A stretch of DNA of 64,000 nt, taken from assembly GCA_020536535.1 (NCBI GenBank), contig JAHLWZ010000795.1, positions 62,001 through 126,000 of the forward strand, written 5' to 3'. Below are positions 11,675 to 23,945 of this stretch, one piece after another. The notes beneath the pieces were generated by a model, which was not told the DNA's origin, searched no databases, and saw nothing but the letters and a program-made list of their open reading frames with translations. This DNA comes from Pelomyxa schiedti (lineage: Eukaryota > Protista > Evosea). A program made the position numbers and the translations under genes. Every line of letters starts with the position of its first letter. Within the stretch, counting starts at the first letter, position 1.

Positions 11675-14232
11675 TTACAGGAAGTGGAAAGATCTGTTTT
11701 TACAGCGTGCCGGATAAATTGAGTGGTGGGTGATTGACGGAGAGGTGCTTGGAGGTACCAAACGCCGAAACAGCATTTGTTTGTATAGGTACATATTTGA
11801 GCCTGTCAGGGCTTCTGTGATAAATGTTTTTGTATCAGAGATAGTTGTGTGGGGTAGGTAGTGGGGGAACAAACTAAACCTGGAAGAGGCAGACATCCAC
11901 TCCTCGGAGGAAGAGCGAAGTAGACGAGGCCTGCAACCGGCGTGAGGTGGTTGAGACACAAACTTCCTGCCGCGAAGGAGGAGCTCTGTATCGTCCTCGA
12001 CGGAGATACTGCTGTCACAGCTATCTGTTAAGCCAAGTCCCAGCTCATCCTCAAAGCTTAGACTATTGTCGTATTCCTCTTCATCATCGGTGATAAAGTT
12101 TTCATCATCAGAAGATCCTCCACCGCCGTACATCATCTGATAGGGTCTGGGAGCTTTAGAAAACAATAAGATCAAAGTGCCGGATTTTGATAAGAGGCTA
12201 CCTGGGGCTCTTGTACGTAACTCCATCCCAGAAATCTGTCGCTCAAGGGTTTTTGCTTGCCGTATTATTTTTCTAACTTCTTCTTGAATATCATCCAGAC
12301 TGCGAGTCAAGGTTAAGAGTTGTACCAGAAAGAAAAGTATACCTATCTTGCAGTCCTTGCCACGTTTGCGGTGATGTGTTTGGGATTCTACGAGATAGAG
12401 AGTTTCGCCGAGCTATGCCCTTCTCAAGACAGCTACCCAAAATCAATATCGTATTTGTTAGGAATTTTGTTTTGAACCGTTCTGATTCTTTATTGATACT
12501 GGAATCATCCCAAGCATGAGAATCTGAGCGTGATCGATGATGCTTGCCATCAGGTAACAAGTATTCCTGAATTTCCATCAGAATACATGGAAATGTGTTG
12601 TGCTAACCCACAGGTGAGAGTTCGGAAAGGTGTGAAGGTGTGTTGCTTGTCTGAAAGGAACTCCCGTATCTTCCTTCATTTGCTGAACTTGATTAAGATA
12701 CAGTGATAGCTGGAAGTTTTACCTGCTTTTTGGTAGGCATGTGTGCTCCCATGTACAGGAGTGGTCCCTTGACTGGGACCTAGTTGAATTGAAGGAAGAC
12801 TAGCATGTTCGTGAGGTGCTGCCGAGCCTGGGGCTTGCGGGGGTTGCGGTGGCCACTGGGAATCAGAGAAGGACCTTTGGTGATGTTTATCCAAAACAGA
12901 CGCAGTAGCCGTGGGCCATTTTGGTTGCCCGGGTTGTTCAATCGGTATGGGTGGTGTTGGCAGTGATAAAAACGTATTGTTAGGAGTGGGCGTATTTGTG
13001 GAGGCGTTGATGGAGGTCAAATTGCTTGATGAAAGGTGCTTGTGAAGCTGAGAAGGTTCTTGCTCAAGTGTGCTGATGCATTTTGTGTCAGAAAGTGGAT
13101 ATAAATATGGGATGTTGAACTCTTCATCAATAGTTTGGGTAGAGGCATCAGTCAGGGTCTGCGATATTATTGGTACCACGCTTTTTTTTGACTTTGGTTT
13201 TACTTGAGTAGTAGCATCTCTGATACTTGGAGACTTGGATTCCAAGTCCTCAAATAAGTTACTACTTTGTGCATGCTGCCGAAAGTGATCCTACAGAAGT
13301 TAGTAACTCTACACCATGAGAGATTACCAAATAAATACCTGCAGTTTCTGCTTCAACTTTTTATACTCCACTGCCTGATTGGGCACTACTGTAGTTGATC
13401 TGTTTCGTAACAATTGTTAGAATAACAAAAAGTTGTTAAGAGTACTTGGTAGCTATAGGGGACATTCGAAGAACGGGCAATTGAGAGGCAGGAAGCGGGT
13501 GTGTGAAGCCGTGACCATTCCAGCTTTTTTTTTTTTCAAGTTAAATGTACGTATTTTTGAAGAAATGTACTTGGTACTGTCACTTGGCTAGAAAGGAGGT
13601 GGGAAAAAGAAAGGAAAAGAATAAGTTACTTGTGTTGGTGGCATGTGCTGTAGTGGGCCCAAAAGAGGTCGCAGTGATGGAGGGGTCCCTGGAATGGCAC
13701 TTCATATGGAGAAAGAATATGTGTCAAAGCGGGAAGTTTTAGGTACCTTCCTTTGTTCCAGAGGGGCTCTCTACCTGGAAGATAACCAAGTGAGATTCAT
13801 TCGCCAAAAAGGTAAGATTGGAACCTTGCGGCCCGTATTTTGCGGCAGACTGGCCTTTACATAGCTTCTTTGGGACCCAGAATTTGAACCAACGGAAGGG
13901 AGTTTGCACATATCATGTGAAAAGCCCACCGAAAAAGTCGGAGTAGAAGTTTCATTTTCAATTTCGCACTCGGCGCCACTGCCAAAACCATCGACGTACG
14001 TAGACGGGGGCGAGTGCGGCTTGAGAGTTTTCGACTTTTGCGACGAGCCTACAGACGGCGCGGCCTGGTCCAGTCCGATCTCGAAAGCAATTCTCCCAGA
14101 GAAATGAGAAGGCGCAGTGTGATACTTACATTCCCGGCCGCCGGGGGCACCGCGGTGGTGCTGCTGACGAAGACGGTTGCACAAGTCACTGACGCTGATC
14201 TTCCCTGTAGACATTTTTTCAACGGTAGGCAA
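11675..14232 (-). CDS. Hypothetical multi-exon low-complexity protein with short coiled coil
   Basis: A chain of minus-strand ORFs (13771-14232, 12676-13245, 12291-12578, 11675-12310) separated by intron-like gaps. S/P/T-rich, with a heptad stretch LDDIQEEVRKIIRQAKTLERQI. May be more than one gene. Confidence 0.45.
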
Positions 14233-14911
14233 TTCTCCCAGATCTCACGTTGGTTACGCGCTGTGATGTTTATTTTCGGTTCACTTCTTACAGATCAAAT
14301 TGCGAAAAGGTTCGTAAAACACTTGAAGAAACGAGATTCATTAATTAAGAGATAGATCAGCCCACGTTCCCAGGCCGGCAGTTGGTGCCTTGAGGGACGT
14401 TTTCCCCTGCTCGGAGCGTAGGCGCGAGTGTACGTTGATGTCTGTGAATCAAGAAAATAAGGGAAAGGGAGCGACCTAAAAACACGAAGAAGGGAAGAAG
14501 GTGAAGATTGTCAGCATGAAGCTTGACAATGTGCTTGTCGGGGCAATGGACGATTGCGTGAGCGTACTTCTCAGAAATGGTGGGAGCGCTGTCGTGGTGC
14601 TGTCCGACTTTTTAAGGGAGAAGAAACGTATTTTCACATAATGCTGTGGTTTCCCAATGTTCACTGACTTCTCCCAGCATCAATGTCAAGCGAGATTCAC
14701 TGGTAGGTTGTGTGATTCAGAAATCCTGTGGCAGGTTCTTGAAATGTGCAAGCGCTCTTCACTCTCACATTTCCCGCCTCGCTCGGGAAGATCCGACACC
14801 CATAAGCCTAGAGCGATCTGTTCCTCCTGATGAAAAGCCTTCACGAAAACGTCCGAGAATCAACGCGATTCGACCCAAAAAAAACCAAAAACCAAAAACC
14901 AAAACAGCGAA

Positions 14912-16087
14912 ATGGGGCGTGTGTGCGTCGCAGTTTGGGTGTCGCTGGTGTTGTTGTTGGTTGCCCCCGCGAGCTGCGTCAACTCCACGTCGGTCTCGGT
15001 GTCTGTGGTGCTCTCGTCGTCGGCGCAGTCGTCGTCTTCTTCGGAGCCGTACGTTCCGCCCGAGAACTACGAGTGCGCGGCGGCTCAAGAATTGTTCCCG
15101 CCCGAGGGGCTGTGGGCCATGTCGGTGGCTGACACGCCGGCGTCTAATGATGTGTGTTGGGGAGGAGACTATATCAGTGCGTAGTTGTACTTGTTTATTT
15201 ATGTGTATCTTTTTCCTTCTCCCTTACCTGGCTGTCCTGTTTGGGTTTTTTTTTTTTTTTTTTTATTGATGTGGACAACAGAGTTCTCAACTAACTTGGG
15301 ATTTTATTTTTGATTTTTTTTTTTGGTTTTAGCTCTTTACTATAAAGTGAGAGGTCTTGCAGACAATTTCTTACTGATTTCTTTCCAAAGTTCGACTACA
15401 GTACTAGAACTTATATCTGGGGATTGCAGTGAATGCCTCGACTCAGTATCCTTCTACTCGAAAATTGGATGCTACTTAGCCAACTCTAGGGTATTGGAGA
15501 ATATAAAACAATTGCCACAGAGGCTGACACAGATTACATTCTTACTGTCAGTGGTTTAACGTCTGACACATATGGCGGATTTAGAATCTGGGTGGAATGG
15601 GAATGTACCTTTCCACCCTAGTTAACAATCAACGGCAAACCCAAACACAACAACAAAAACAGATCCTGTTCTGTCTTCATCATCACAGTCATCACACTCA
15701 CCTTCATTGTCTGAGTCAGAATCTGTATCACTGTCATCATCTCACTCTTTATCACTGTCGTCATCACTGTCCGAGTCCACATCCGAGTCACCTTCCTCAT
15801 CAGGTTCATATTCTAGGTCAGAATCCCAGTCAGAATCATGGTCATCTCTGTCATCTTCCGAACCACGATCAACATCATCTTCCTATCAGAGCTCCTCCTC
15901 ATCCATTTCACAAGAATCCGTTTACAGTCGCACAACACCGTGGTGGGCCTGGCTAACACTTGGCCTTGCTGCTGTTATCATGGTGGTCGGAGCAGCGGCG
16001 TTTGTAGTTTGGTCAGTGTACTCGTATTACCACAACAGATACACCATGCTCAAAGAGACAGAAGCTGCTCAGAATGCCTCTCTGTAG
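14912..16087 (+). CDS. Type I membrane protein: signal peptide, Cys-containing ectodomain, Ser-rich stalk, TM helix, short tail
   Basis: Starts MGRVCVAVWVSLVLLLVAPASC. Exons at 15330-15490 and 15560-16087 give a long Ser/Glu stalk, WWAWLTLGLAAVIMVVGAAAFVVWSVY and a stop at 16087. Confidence 0.8.
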
Positions 16088-16200
16088 TTTCCTCTGTATT
16101 TTGCATACACGTACAACTCGTTTTTCAAGTTGCGTCAAATTGTCTGCTACTTGATCTTCGAAACAAACAAATCTACAGGCGAAAAAAGAACAAACAAAGG

Positions 16201-16731
16201 ATGGACGGCGGGGCGCGAGCGCGCGTCATCGGGGTAGTGGCCAACGAGCTGTTGCAGTTCACACATCCCGCCGACTTTGTGAGCATGCTCGAGGCACTGC
16301 AGGTCCATCCCCTAATCGAGGCGCAGCTGCTCAAGGGGCTGCTCGCGGTGCCGCTGGTGGACGACTACAGCAGCGCGCGGGACCGCGACGGCCTGGCCGC
16401 GGCGCTGGCCGAGTGCATACGGCGGGACTGGCGCCGGGCCGCCCGCTGGGTCGTCGAGGCCCGCGGGTGCCTGCACGCGCGGCCGGCGGCGGGCGGGGGC
16501 AGGGGCCCGCCGGGGGTCACGGGCCGCGGCATCCTGCAGCGCGTGGTGTACGGGTGCGCGGGGACGGCGGCCGGCGGCGGCTGGGGAGCACTCAGGTGCG
16601 TCGTGGAGCTGTCGGGTCTGGAAAGGACCGATTTGACTTGGAGCGGGAACCGGCTGCTGGTTGAGGCTATGTCCAAGGGAAACATTGCGGTAATTTCGGA
16701 TTATTTTATTATATGTGGGGTTTGCTTTTTT

Positions 16732-16766
<35 letters not shown>

Positions 16767-16841
16767 TGTGTTTATTGTATTGTGTGTGTGTGTGGTGTGT
16801 GTGTGTGTGTGTGTGTGTATTATTATTGTGTGTGTGTGTTG

Positions 16842-16887
<46 letters not shown>

Positions 16888-17989
16888 AACTGGATTTGTT
16901 TTGTTGCAGCTTACAGCGTGGTTGAACAATAAATATGGATTTTCACTCATTGACTTTATTGGTTGTTTGGAAACAGCATCACCAGTGAGCATCTTTTGAG
17001 CAATTTCTTTTATTGTATTAATCTGTAACTGACAGATAGCCATGGAATGGATTTTGGAACAGTCTTGGAACGAACCACTTGTTGATTTGTGGGTGAAAAT
17101 GGTCACTTGTGCAATGAAAGGAGGGCACCCAGGAGTCGAAGTGATCAGAGTTATTGAAAAGTGCCCAACTGAGACTGCTTCAACACACATCCTCGAATTA
17201 ATAACAGCTGCATGCCAGTGCAAACAAAGACTTATTGTGGAGTACTTACTTCAAAGTAAAGCCAGCATCAACTCTTTGTGGAGAGCTAGATTTAATCCCG
17301 CGTGGCTCGGATTCATGTGTGAGAACAAGTGGAATGACCTTGCCCATGGAATTGTACGCCAAAGTGAACTGGAAATAGATAGTGCTTTAGTGGGGACTGA
17401 AATCCAGCAATGCCTATACAACTTTTGTAAGGCATGCGACTGTGAAATGATATGCTGGTGGGTGTCACGCTTTGGCAGTGCTGGAATAAGTCTTGACATT
17501 GAGGAACTGTTACATTGCTCCCTTGGAAACCTTGAGACATTGAAGTGCGTGTGCAGCAGCTTCCACATTCAGAAAGAAGATATGGAGCTCTTTCTTAGTT
17601 CAGATTGCAAAAAACACGCATGGCCCGTACTCCGAGACCTCTTCGTTGAAAAGCCCCTTGCAATGACAAGATACATAATGAAAACCTTCCAAATCCCAGT
17701 GAAGTTCTTTGGAATCACTTCAACAAACTGGGCACTCCACGAACTGTGCCGCAAGCCGGACACTGAATTCCCCGCCAAGGTGCAGTGGTATATTCACATT
17801 GCACACCAGCACGGGTCTGCATCAGCAAGGGAAAAGCTGCAAGAGTGGATGCCAGAGGGAATGGGCCCGCGGCTCGGAGTCATTGCAAGGGCCGTTCTGG
17901 CATCACAAAGTGCTCCCACAAAGTGCCCTGCCTGTGAACTCTTTTGGGAGGTGTACAACAACACCTGGCCCGCTAAGTGGAGGACCTGA
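16201..17989 (+). CDS. Hypothetical ankyrin-repeat-like helical protein (three exons)
   Basis: GC-rich exon 1 from ATG 16201, introns near 16715-16908 and 16986-17036, and a 315-aa final ORF with degenerate ankyrin-like helices (LELITAACQCKQRLIVEYLLQ, WALHELCR). Confidence 0.6.
16726..16884. repeat. Poly-T tract followed by interrupted (TG)n microsatellite inside an intron
   Basis: Seen directly. It explains the spurious CV/HT-repeat ORFs in the track. Confidence 0.95.
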
Positions 17990-18154
17990 TGAGTGCAATA
18001 CCTATTTGTGTCCTCCCACAACGCTCTAAACAAAGCACAGACGGAAAAAATTTTTGTGCATAGCCTCATTTTCCGTTTTTGGAAGGTTCTCCTAACTCCA
18101 CTAAAGAAACCGAAGGCAACCAAAACCAAAGAAAAAAAAATAAAACGCGAACCA

Positions 18155-18825
18155 ATGACGGAGTGGCAGGCGCCCTTGTTCTCGGTTTGTGGTTTTTGCC
18201 TTCTTTTGTTCGTTGCTTCTCTTCTTTAGCGTTGTAGTTATTCTCACTTTAATACACAACAGTGTAAAAAGTGCAGCTGTCGATCATGTATGAATTGCTC
18301 GTTTCAATGTGGAAATACCTAGTATTAACACTTTTATCAGTCTGCTATGCTTTTTGTTGTTCGTCCTGCGCTTCAGCAACGGCTGTCAATGTATGGCCCA
18401 TTTCTTTTTTTCCTTTCTTTTTTTTAGCTGCAGCACTGACTCTTCCCAGAACTTCGACGATACAAACTGGTGTATTGCGTGCATGTACTCCTCCGCCCCT
18501 CTTGTTCGTAACCACATCCGCATGGGCTACGGAATCGAGGTACAGTCAATGCCCATCTTTTTATTTTAGCTTTATCTTCACCCTTTCGTTTCTTATTGTC
18601 CATTCTGAATTGTGACTTTCCGTTTTGCTGTAGCGTGAACCCTAAGGGATTAATAAACTTGCCCGCATTAATCCGGAACAACTAACAACACTAACCAACC
18701 AACAGGGGACCTATCTTCAGGACGCGTTGATTGGGTGCCTCCTTCCGTGGTGCTCTACATGCCAAGTGCTTGAGGAGGTCAAGAAACGTGGTGCACCTCC
18801 AACAGCCAAACACATGAAGAGCTAA
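18155..18825 (+). CDS. PLAC8-family cysteine-rich protein
   Basis: Exons read MTEWQAPLFS, CYAFCCSSCASAT, CIACMYSSAPLVRNHIRMGYGIE and DALIGCLLPWCSTCQVLEEVKKRG, which follows the PLAC8 pattern (W..LF, CCxxC, R..IR..YGI, C..C..CQ..E). Confidence 0.8.
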
Positions 18826-18993
18826 CTCGCAAGATGTCCCCTATTTATGAGCCACCACAAAAACGTCAAGAACCACTTGTACATACACCCTCATTGAACC
18901 AATAAATCAAAAGAAAGAAAGCTCCAGCTTCCAACAAACATAGTTTAGTTTACGTAAAGCTTCTCAGAAAGGTAAAATACATCAGGCATGTCG

Positions 18994-21375
18994 TTAAGAA
19001 CAATCAATTGGCTTGTTGCGGGACTGCCAGGCGTCAGTGAAGGTGAAATGTAGAATGATACATACACCGGCCTTTAGGGACATGAGACTAGCTCCAAGAC
19101 TGGCTACTTTCTTGCTCAAGGTTGGTGTCTCTGAATCGTCGCTGGATTCCAGTTCTGTAGACGTGAGCCGCACTTTTTGCTTGTGCATATGCTGTTGGCC
19201 CTTGTGTTTGCTTTTATGAATCTTGGAAGGGCTCGGCCGAATAAGGCTTTTGTGCACGTATTCGCCCTTTTCCCAGTGGTACTTGATGTGGTGGAACATA
19301 CCAGTGACCGCATCTACTCGTCGTGAATACTCTGACCAGCCGGACTTTCCCCAGATTTTGCAATACGGGCATGTGTACCTCTCACTACCCTTGTTCGGTA
19401 CAACTTCTTTAGCTTTCTCCCACGCATCGTGGGCCGTTCGCCCTGAATGAACTGTAAAACACAGTAAGTATTACAAAATGGCCACTTCGTACTACATACC
19501 CTCCTTCTCACGGGATCCAGTATCACGCGCCGCCGAGTGATGTGATCTTTTATGCACTGGGGAGGCACGAGCACGTGCGACCGAGCGAGGTTTAGATGCC
19601 TTCTCGCGGCTCTGACGCTCCTGAACTCTTACGTATTGTCCCTCACCTTTCAGATAGTGCCCGTACAAGTGTGAATTCAAGCTGGAAATTGCACGGGCTC
19701 TGGATTCGTAGTACTTCCATCCAGGCCTTTTGTAGTTGCACAATGGACACTCGTACGGTGTGTTTTCATCAATCGGCACCCTGCGTCTCACTTGTTCCAA
19801 CGTGCTCACAGGCTCTGTAAAAGCACCACGCAATATTACTTAAAACACACTAACGATATAAGATACGAACGTAATCTCGTACCGTCGGTAGTTGGCCCTC
19901 GTCCGCCTGTCATCTGTTCTCTTTTTGATATTTCTTGTTGTCGATAAGAAAGTATCTTCCCGGAACCCTTAAATACAAAAAAAAAAAACTTGGTTATCTT
20001 CTTTTTGACATGTGTCACTCACTCAAGTCTTCGAAGTAATACAGCAACGGCGTTCCATGCTTGAGAGACCACTCACGTCTGCTCTCGTGGCTTGTGAGCA
20101 CAGCCTTGTGGTGCACGGACGTCGCCGTGGATGTTTTTGCTTTCGGTGGTGGTTGTGGTGCTGCGGGCAGTTCGCAATCAGTTGCTGGGTGTTGCTTGTG
20201 TTTCTTCGCTGCACTTCTGCCAATATGCACACGTGCGGATTTACTAATCTGCATTGGAGGAGTTAGTTTCATAGTATCCGAGAAATGCACGTTGCATCAC
20301 CTGTCTGCGCGGAATTGCACCCTCTGGCACTGATTGTGAGTAGTTGGTTGGAGAACGGTCCGGTTCAATTTGCTTTTGTGAGTTCTCGGTCTCGCTCTCA
20401 GTCTCCGTATCTGTCTCTGACTCTGACTTGGAATGTGACTCTGCCTCTAACTCTGATGACTCTGATTCCGATCCTAATGACTCTAGCTGTGGGCTGCAAC
20501 AGTCACTCTTCAAGTGCTGGTATGTCGCCTCAATGGCACGCTCCCTGTCGGAGCCGTATTGTCGCCACCCAAGCGGCCCCAAATAGGCATGGCACTGTGT
20601 GCACGTAAAGGGAGTACTCGGCATAATGGGAACTATGATTCTGGCTCTGAGCCTTGCCACTTTCCCATTCAACGTTGATTTGTTGGAGTCGGAGTCATCT
20701 GACACTGCTATTGGTATGTGTGATATTTCCCGGAGTTTCTGATGTTTACGTTTTCTAGATTTTTGCTTGTTTTGCCGCAAGGCCTTGGGTTTCTGCTGGA
20801 TTCTGCATCTGGGTATAGCCCATTTATGGTATTGGAGGTGCCTGTACAAGCTGCAAGTAGCACTCCTTCTTGATGTATACCAGCACCAACCAGGCTTCTT
20901 ATACGAACTTGTACAAACCGGGCACTCATATGGCGTATCCCGCTCAACTGGGACCACGTTGTTTGCTCTCTCATATAGTCCCTCTAAATTCCCAATCAGT
21001 TCTTTGCTGGAATAATTAGAAACTAGGTTCTGGGAGTGAATGCCCATTCGTTATTATCCAAAAGAATCACGCACCCTCTGCCTCGCAATGCAAGCGTCCG
21101 TTAGATCGCTTGTGCACCTTTTGACGCACATAACGGCTGAATCTCCTTCCCCTGTGCCTTTGCAAGTGCTTGTGTAGGCTGGACAGTGCACTGTTTCTGG
21201 AGGCATAGTGAACCCACCCAGGCCTTGTGAATTTGTTGCACTCTGGGCACTCGTATGGCGTGTCCTTGTCGAGTGGCAAGATGCTTTTGGCTCGCTGCAG
21301 TGTGCTCATTGTCGTTCCCTCCTCTTCAAGTGCATAGGATGTTGTTAGAAGATTGTTGTGGGCTACCTGACACAA
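18994..21375 (-). CDS. Protein (or tight tandem cluster) with five long-spacer C2H2-like zinc-finger repeats
   Basis: Five homologous units of the form VP-x3-5-(TP/R)Y-x-C-x2-C-x22-25-H-x3-H with an internal GW-x2-Y. The GT-AG join between the 19492-19833 ORF and the 19.0-19.45 kb exon keeps frame. Confidence 0.7.
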
Positions 21376-21535
21376 AAGCCAATCTCGTTGCCGTACCAGT
21401 ACCGTTGTATACCACGTGGTACGAGCAGGGATTTAACAAACTTTTTCCTTTCCTTTCCTTCAAATTTTGTTTATGCTCAATCTGACATTGTGAAGGGAAA
21501 ATAGTTTTTGCTAGGTGGGGTTTTAATTTTTTTTA

Positions 21536-23598
21536 ATGTTTTTATCTATCTGTTCAGTGGTGCTAGAAGAAAACGCGTATCCTTCTTCGTTTTTGTGTGG
21601 GGGCGATCGAATCACAACAAGTGCCAGGATGTCAGTACTGAGTTCGTCATCCCTTATTTCTTCGCGGGTATCAGTGTTGCCACCTGGCCATTTTGGTTTA
21701 TCTCCTTGGACCCGCAACCGATCCCTTCCTCAGAACTTGCGTGATGAGAGTCTCTAGACTGTTTTCGTTTTCGGCGCAAACAGATTTCTCGTTGTTGTTA
21801 GAGGTCGTAGCAAGTCATCCCGTAATAACGAATCCAACAGGGGGAAGTGCCAGGGGGTGGGTGAATGGCAACCAATATGGGCGACTCGGATGCAATTGAG
21901 GAAGACTTAAATTGCGGGGACAGTGGTATCCATTTTGTACTTTTCTGTTTCCCCCATTTCACCCTTTCTTCATGGCACAGACTTTGAACCAGAAATTTCT
22001 CCTGGTTCCAGTCCAAATCTGTACGCGGCTCCACAGAGTAACTCTCATATTCCTATCTCTTTTGAGATAAATGACTCGTTGAACAGAGTTTTCCTTGTCA
22101 AATATGCCACCAATCAACAGCAAAGCAAATGTCACTGCAGGTATTGCTACCCAGCGCTAAGTTATCCATAATCCTATTTCATGAAATAGATTCTAAAGAA
22201 GAATCAAGCCAAAATTACCTAAACCAAGAAGGCATGCACCCACTCCTCTCTTTTCTGTTAACCCTTTTTGTAGTGAATGCACAGAGTTCAGGTATCTGGT
22301 AAATTTCCCATGTCCTGTCAACCCAAATTAAATAAATTTATTGATCAGGTTCCTCTACAGCAAATCTCCTCAATGGTATGGTGATTAACAATGTAACTAC
22401 ATTCACATATGTCTTAGACGATTCTTCTCCAAGTCCAGAGAGAGAGGTTCAGGCACAACCATCGAAGGTGACTCCTAAAACTTTGATGCAAGGCATGGAG
22501 GTGATTTTTTCTTTGTTGGGTACATTCTTATTTTATCAGCACGTTTCTATTGAAGATAACGGCTTATTACCTCCGAAGTCAAACTCTGGAATCGGTGTTC
22601 CCCCTGAACGAGGAGACCACTCAACAAATTCGAATTCCAAGGTATCTTCTCGCACAGCAAATCTGGTTAAAATATGATACGAGATTGGAAGCAATAGTGG
22701 TAGATCGTCCGCAAGCCAGTTCCCCAAAAAGGCCACTCCTCAAGCCGCGCCACGGGCTCAGCCAACCATCACTCCACCTACAAGGAGCCCTGTGACTCCT
22801 TTAAAGGGCAAAACTCCAATGCTGGTTCCCAATAAAACTTCAGTCACCCTAAAATCGCGAACGCCAAATAAACCAAGTGTCCTGTCTCAACCCCCTCAAC
22901 TGCCAGCTGTCAAGTTCAACTTTACGCCTCCCAATGGGAAAACCTTTGGCCAGCCAAGAATTGTCACTGCTGGAACTCCCTCTTCACGATTCAGTTCGAA
23001 CTCTCCTCGACCTGAAGCACATAATATTACAGATAATCAGCCGACTCAAAACACTCGCACCCCCCAAGTTAAACAATACTATTCATCATCGTCAGTATCC
23101 TCCTCTTATTCCTCAGACTCATCCTCAACTGGGGGCTCAGGGTCTCCGGTCATGGACCCCGATATCATTGTAATGCAATCACCCTCTAGGCGACCAGGCC
23201 ACCCAGTAGCAGAATCACATCACCATCATAGACGTGGCAGCCACGCCCATGACAAGCACAAGCACAAGCACAAGCACAAGCACTCTCACCATAGGCACCA
23301 TGCAGAGCATTCCTGCCACTGCCGCACCATAGTGATGAAAGATGCACAAACCCAAACACCACCTTTAGCCTTTTTACCAGTCTGGGTTGGCCCAGATAAC
23401 TCTGTGGAAGTCCCAGGATTGCACACACACCAACAAGGATACCCAATGACCCTCCCGACTGGTGGTATACCTCCCGCAGCCTGGACTCTACCAATTGAAT
23501 GCCGTACCTCTCAGTACAGCGAATTTCCAACGCCGGGTCTCCCGCCCTCTAGTCTTCCCTCCTATGTGCGTTCCTTCCTCAAGACAGCAATTAGCTAA
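21536..23598 (+). CDS. Hypothetical multi-exon S/P/T-rich protein with His-rich tract
   Basis: Plus-strand exons bounded by GT-AG from about 21.5 kb. The last ORF 22792-23598 includes HHHHRRGSHAHDKHKHKHKHKHSHHRHH. The start is uncertain. Confidence 0.5.
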
Positions 23599-23945
23599 CA
23601 TTCAGAAGCCTCCTAATGCCAATACATTCTCCTGCAGGGATTATGTGACGTCTTTCAAGCCTAGTCCCACCACAAGTCATGCACGTTCATTATCTAGTTT
23701 CGTCAGTGTGCAGCCGTCCTTGTACATCCCTTCTTCTTTTCACTTCATCTTTACTCTTGTTTCAGCCCTCGAAGTTTTCCTTCAAGCAGCAAAGCAATCA
23801 ATGCCTTGCGGCGAAATCACGAAGCCTCCGTAAGGTAATAAATGCTTGGCCCACTCTATGTAAATCACCAACCTCTAGGACCGCACCACACACCACCGTT
23901 ACGGAACCTTACTTGTATCCTCATCACTCGGAGAATCTTCACGTT

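Noticed and set aside
14014-14900. Short plus-strand ORFs between the divergent genes
   Set aside because: No recognisable motif or consistent splice structure. More likely CpG-rich promoter/UTR sequence, or antisense to the minus gene.
15838-17223. Long ORFs with CVCVCV or HTHTHT runs
   Set aside because: Translation of an intronic (TG)n microsatellite and poly-T tract, or the antisense of a GC-rich exon.
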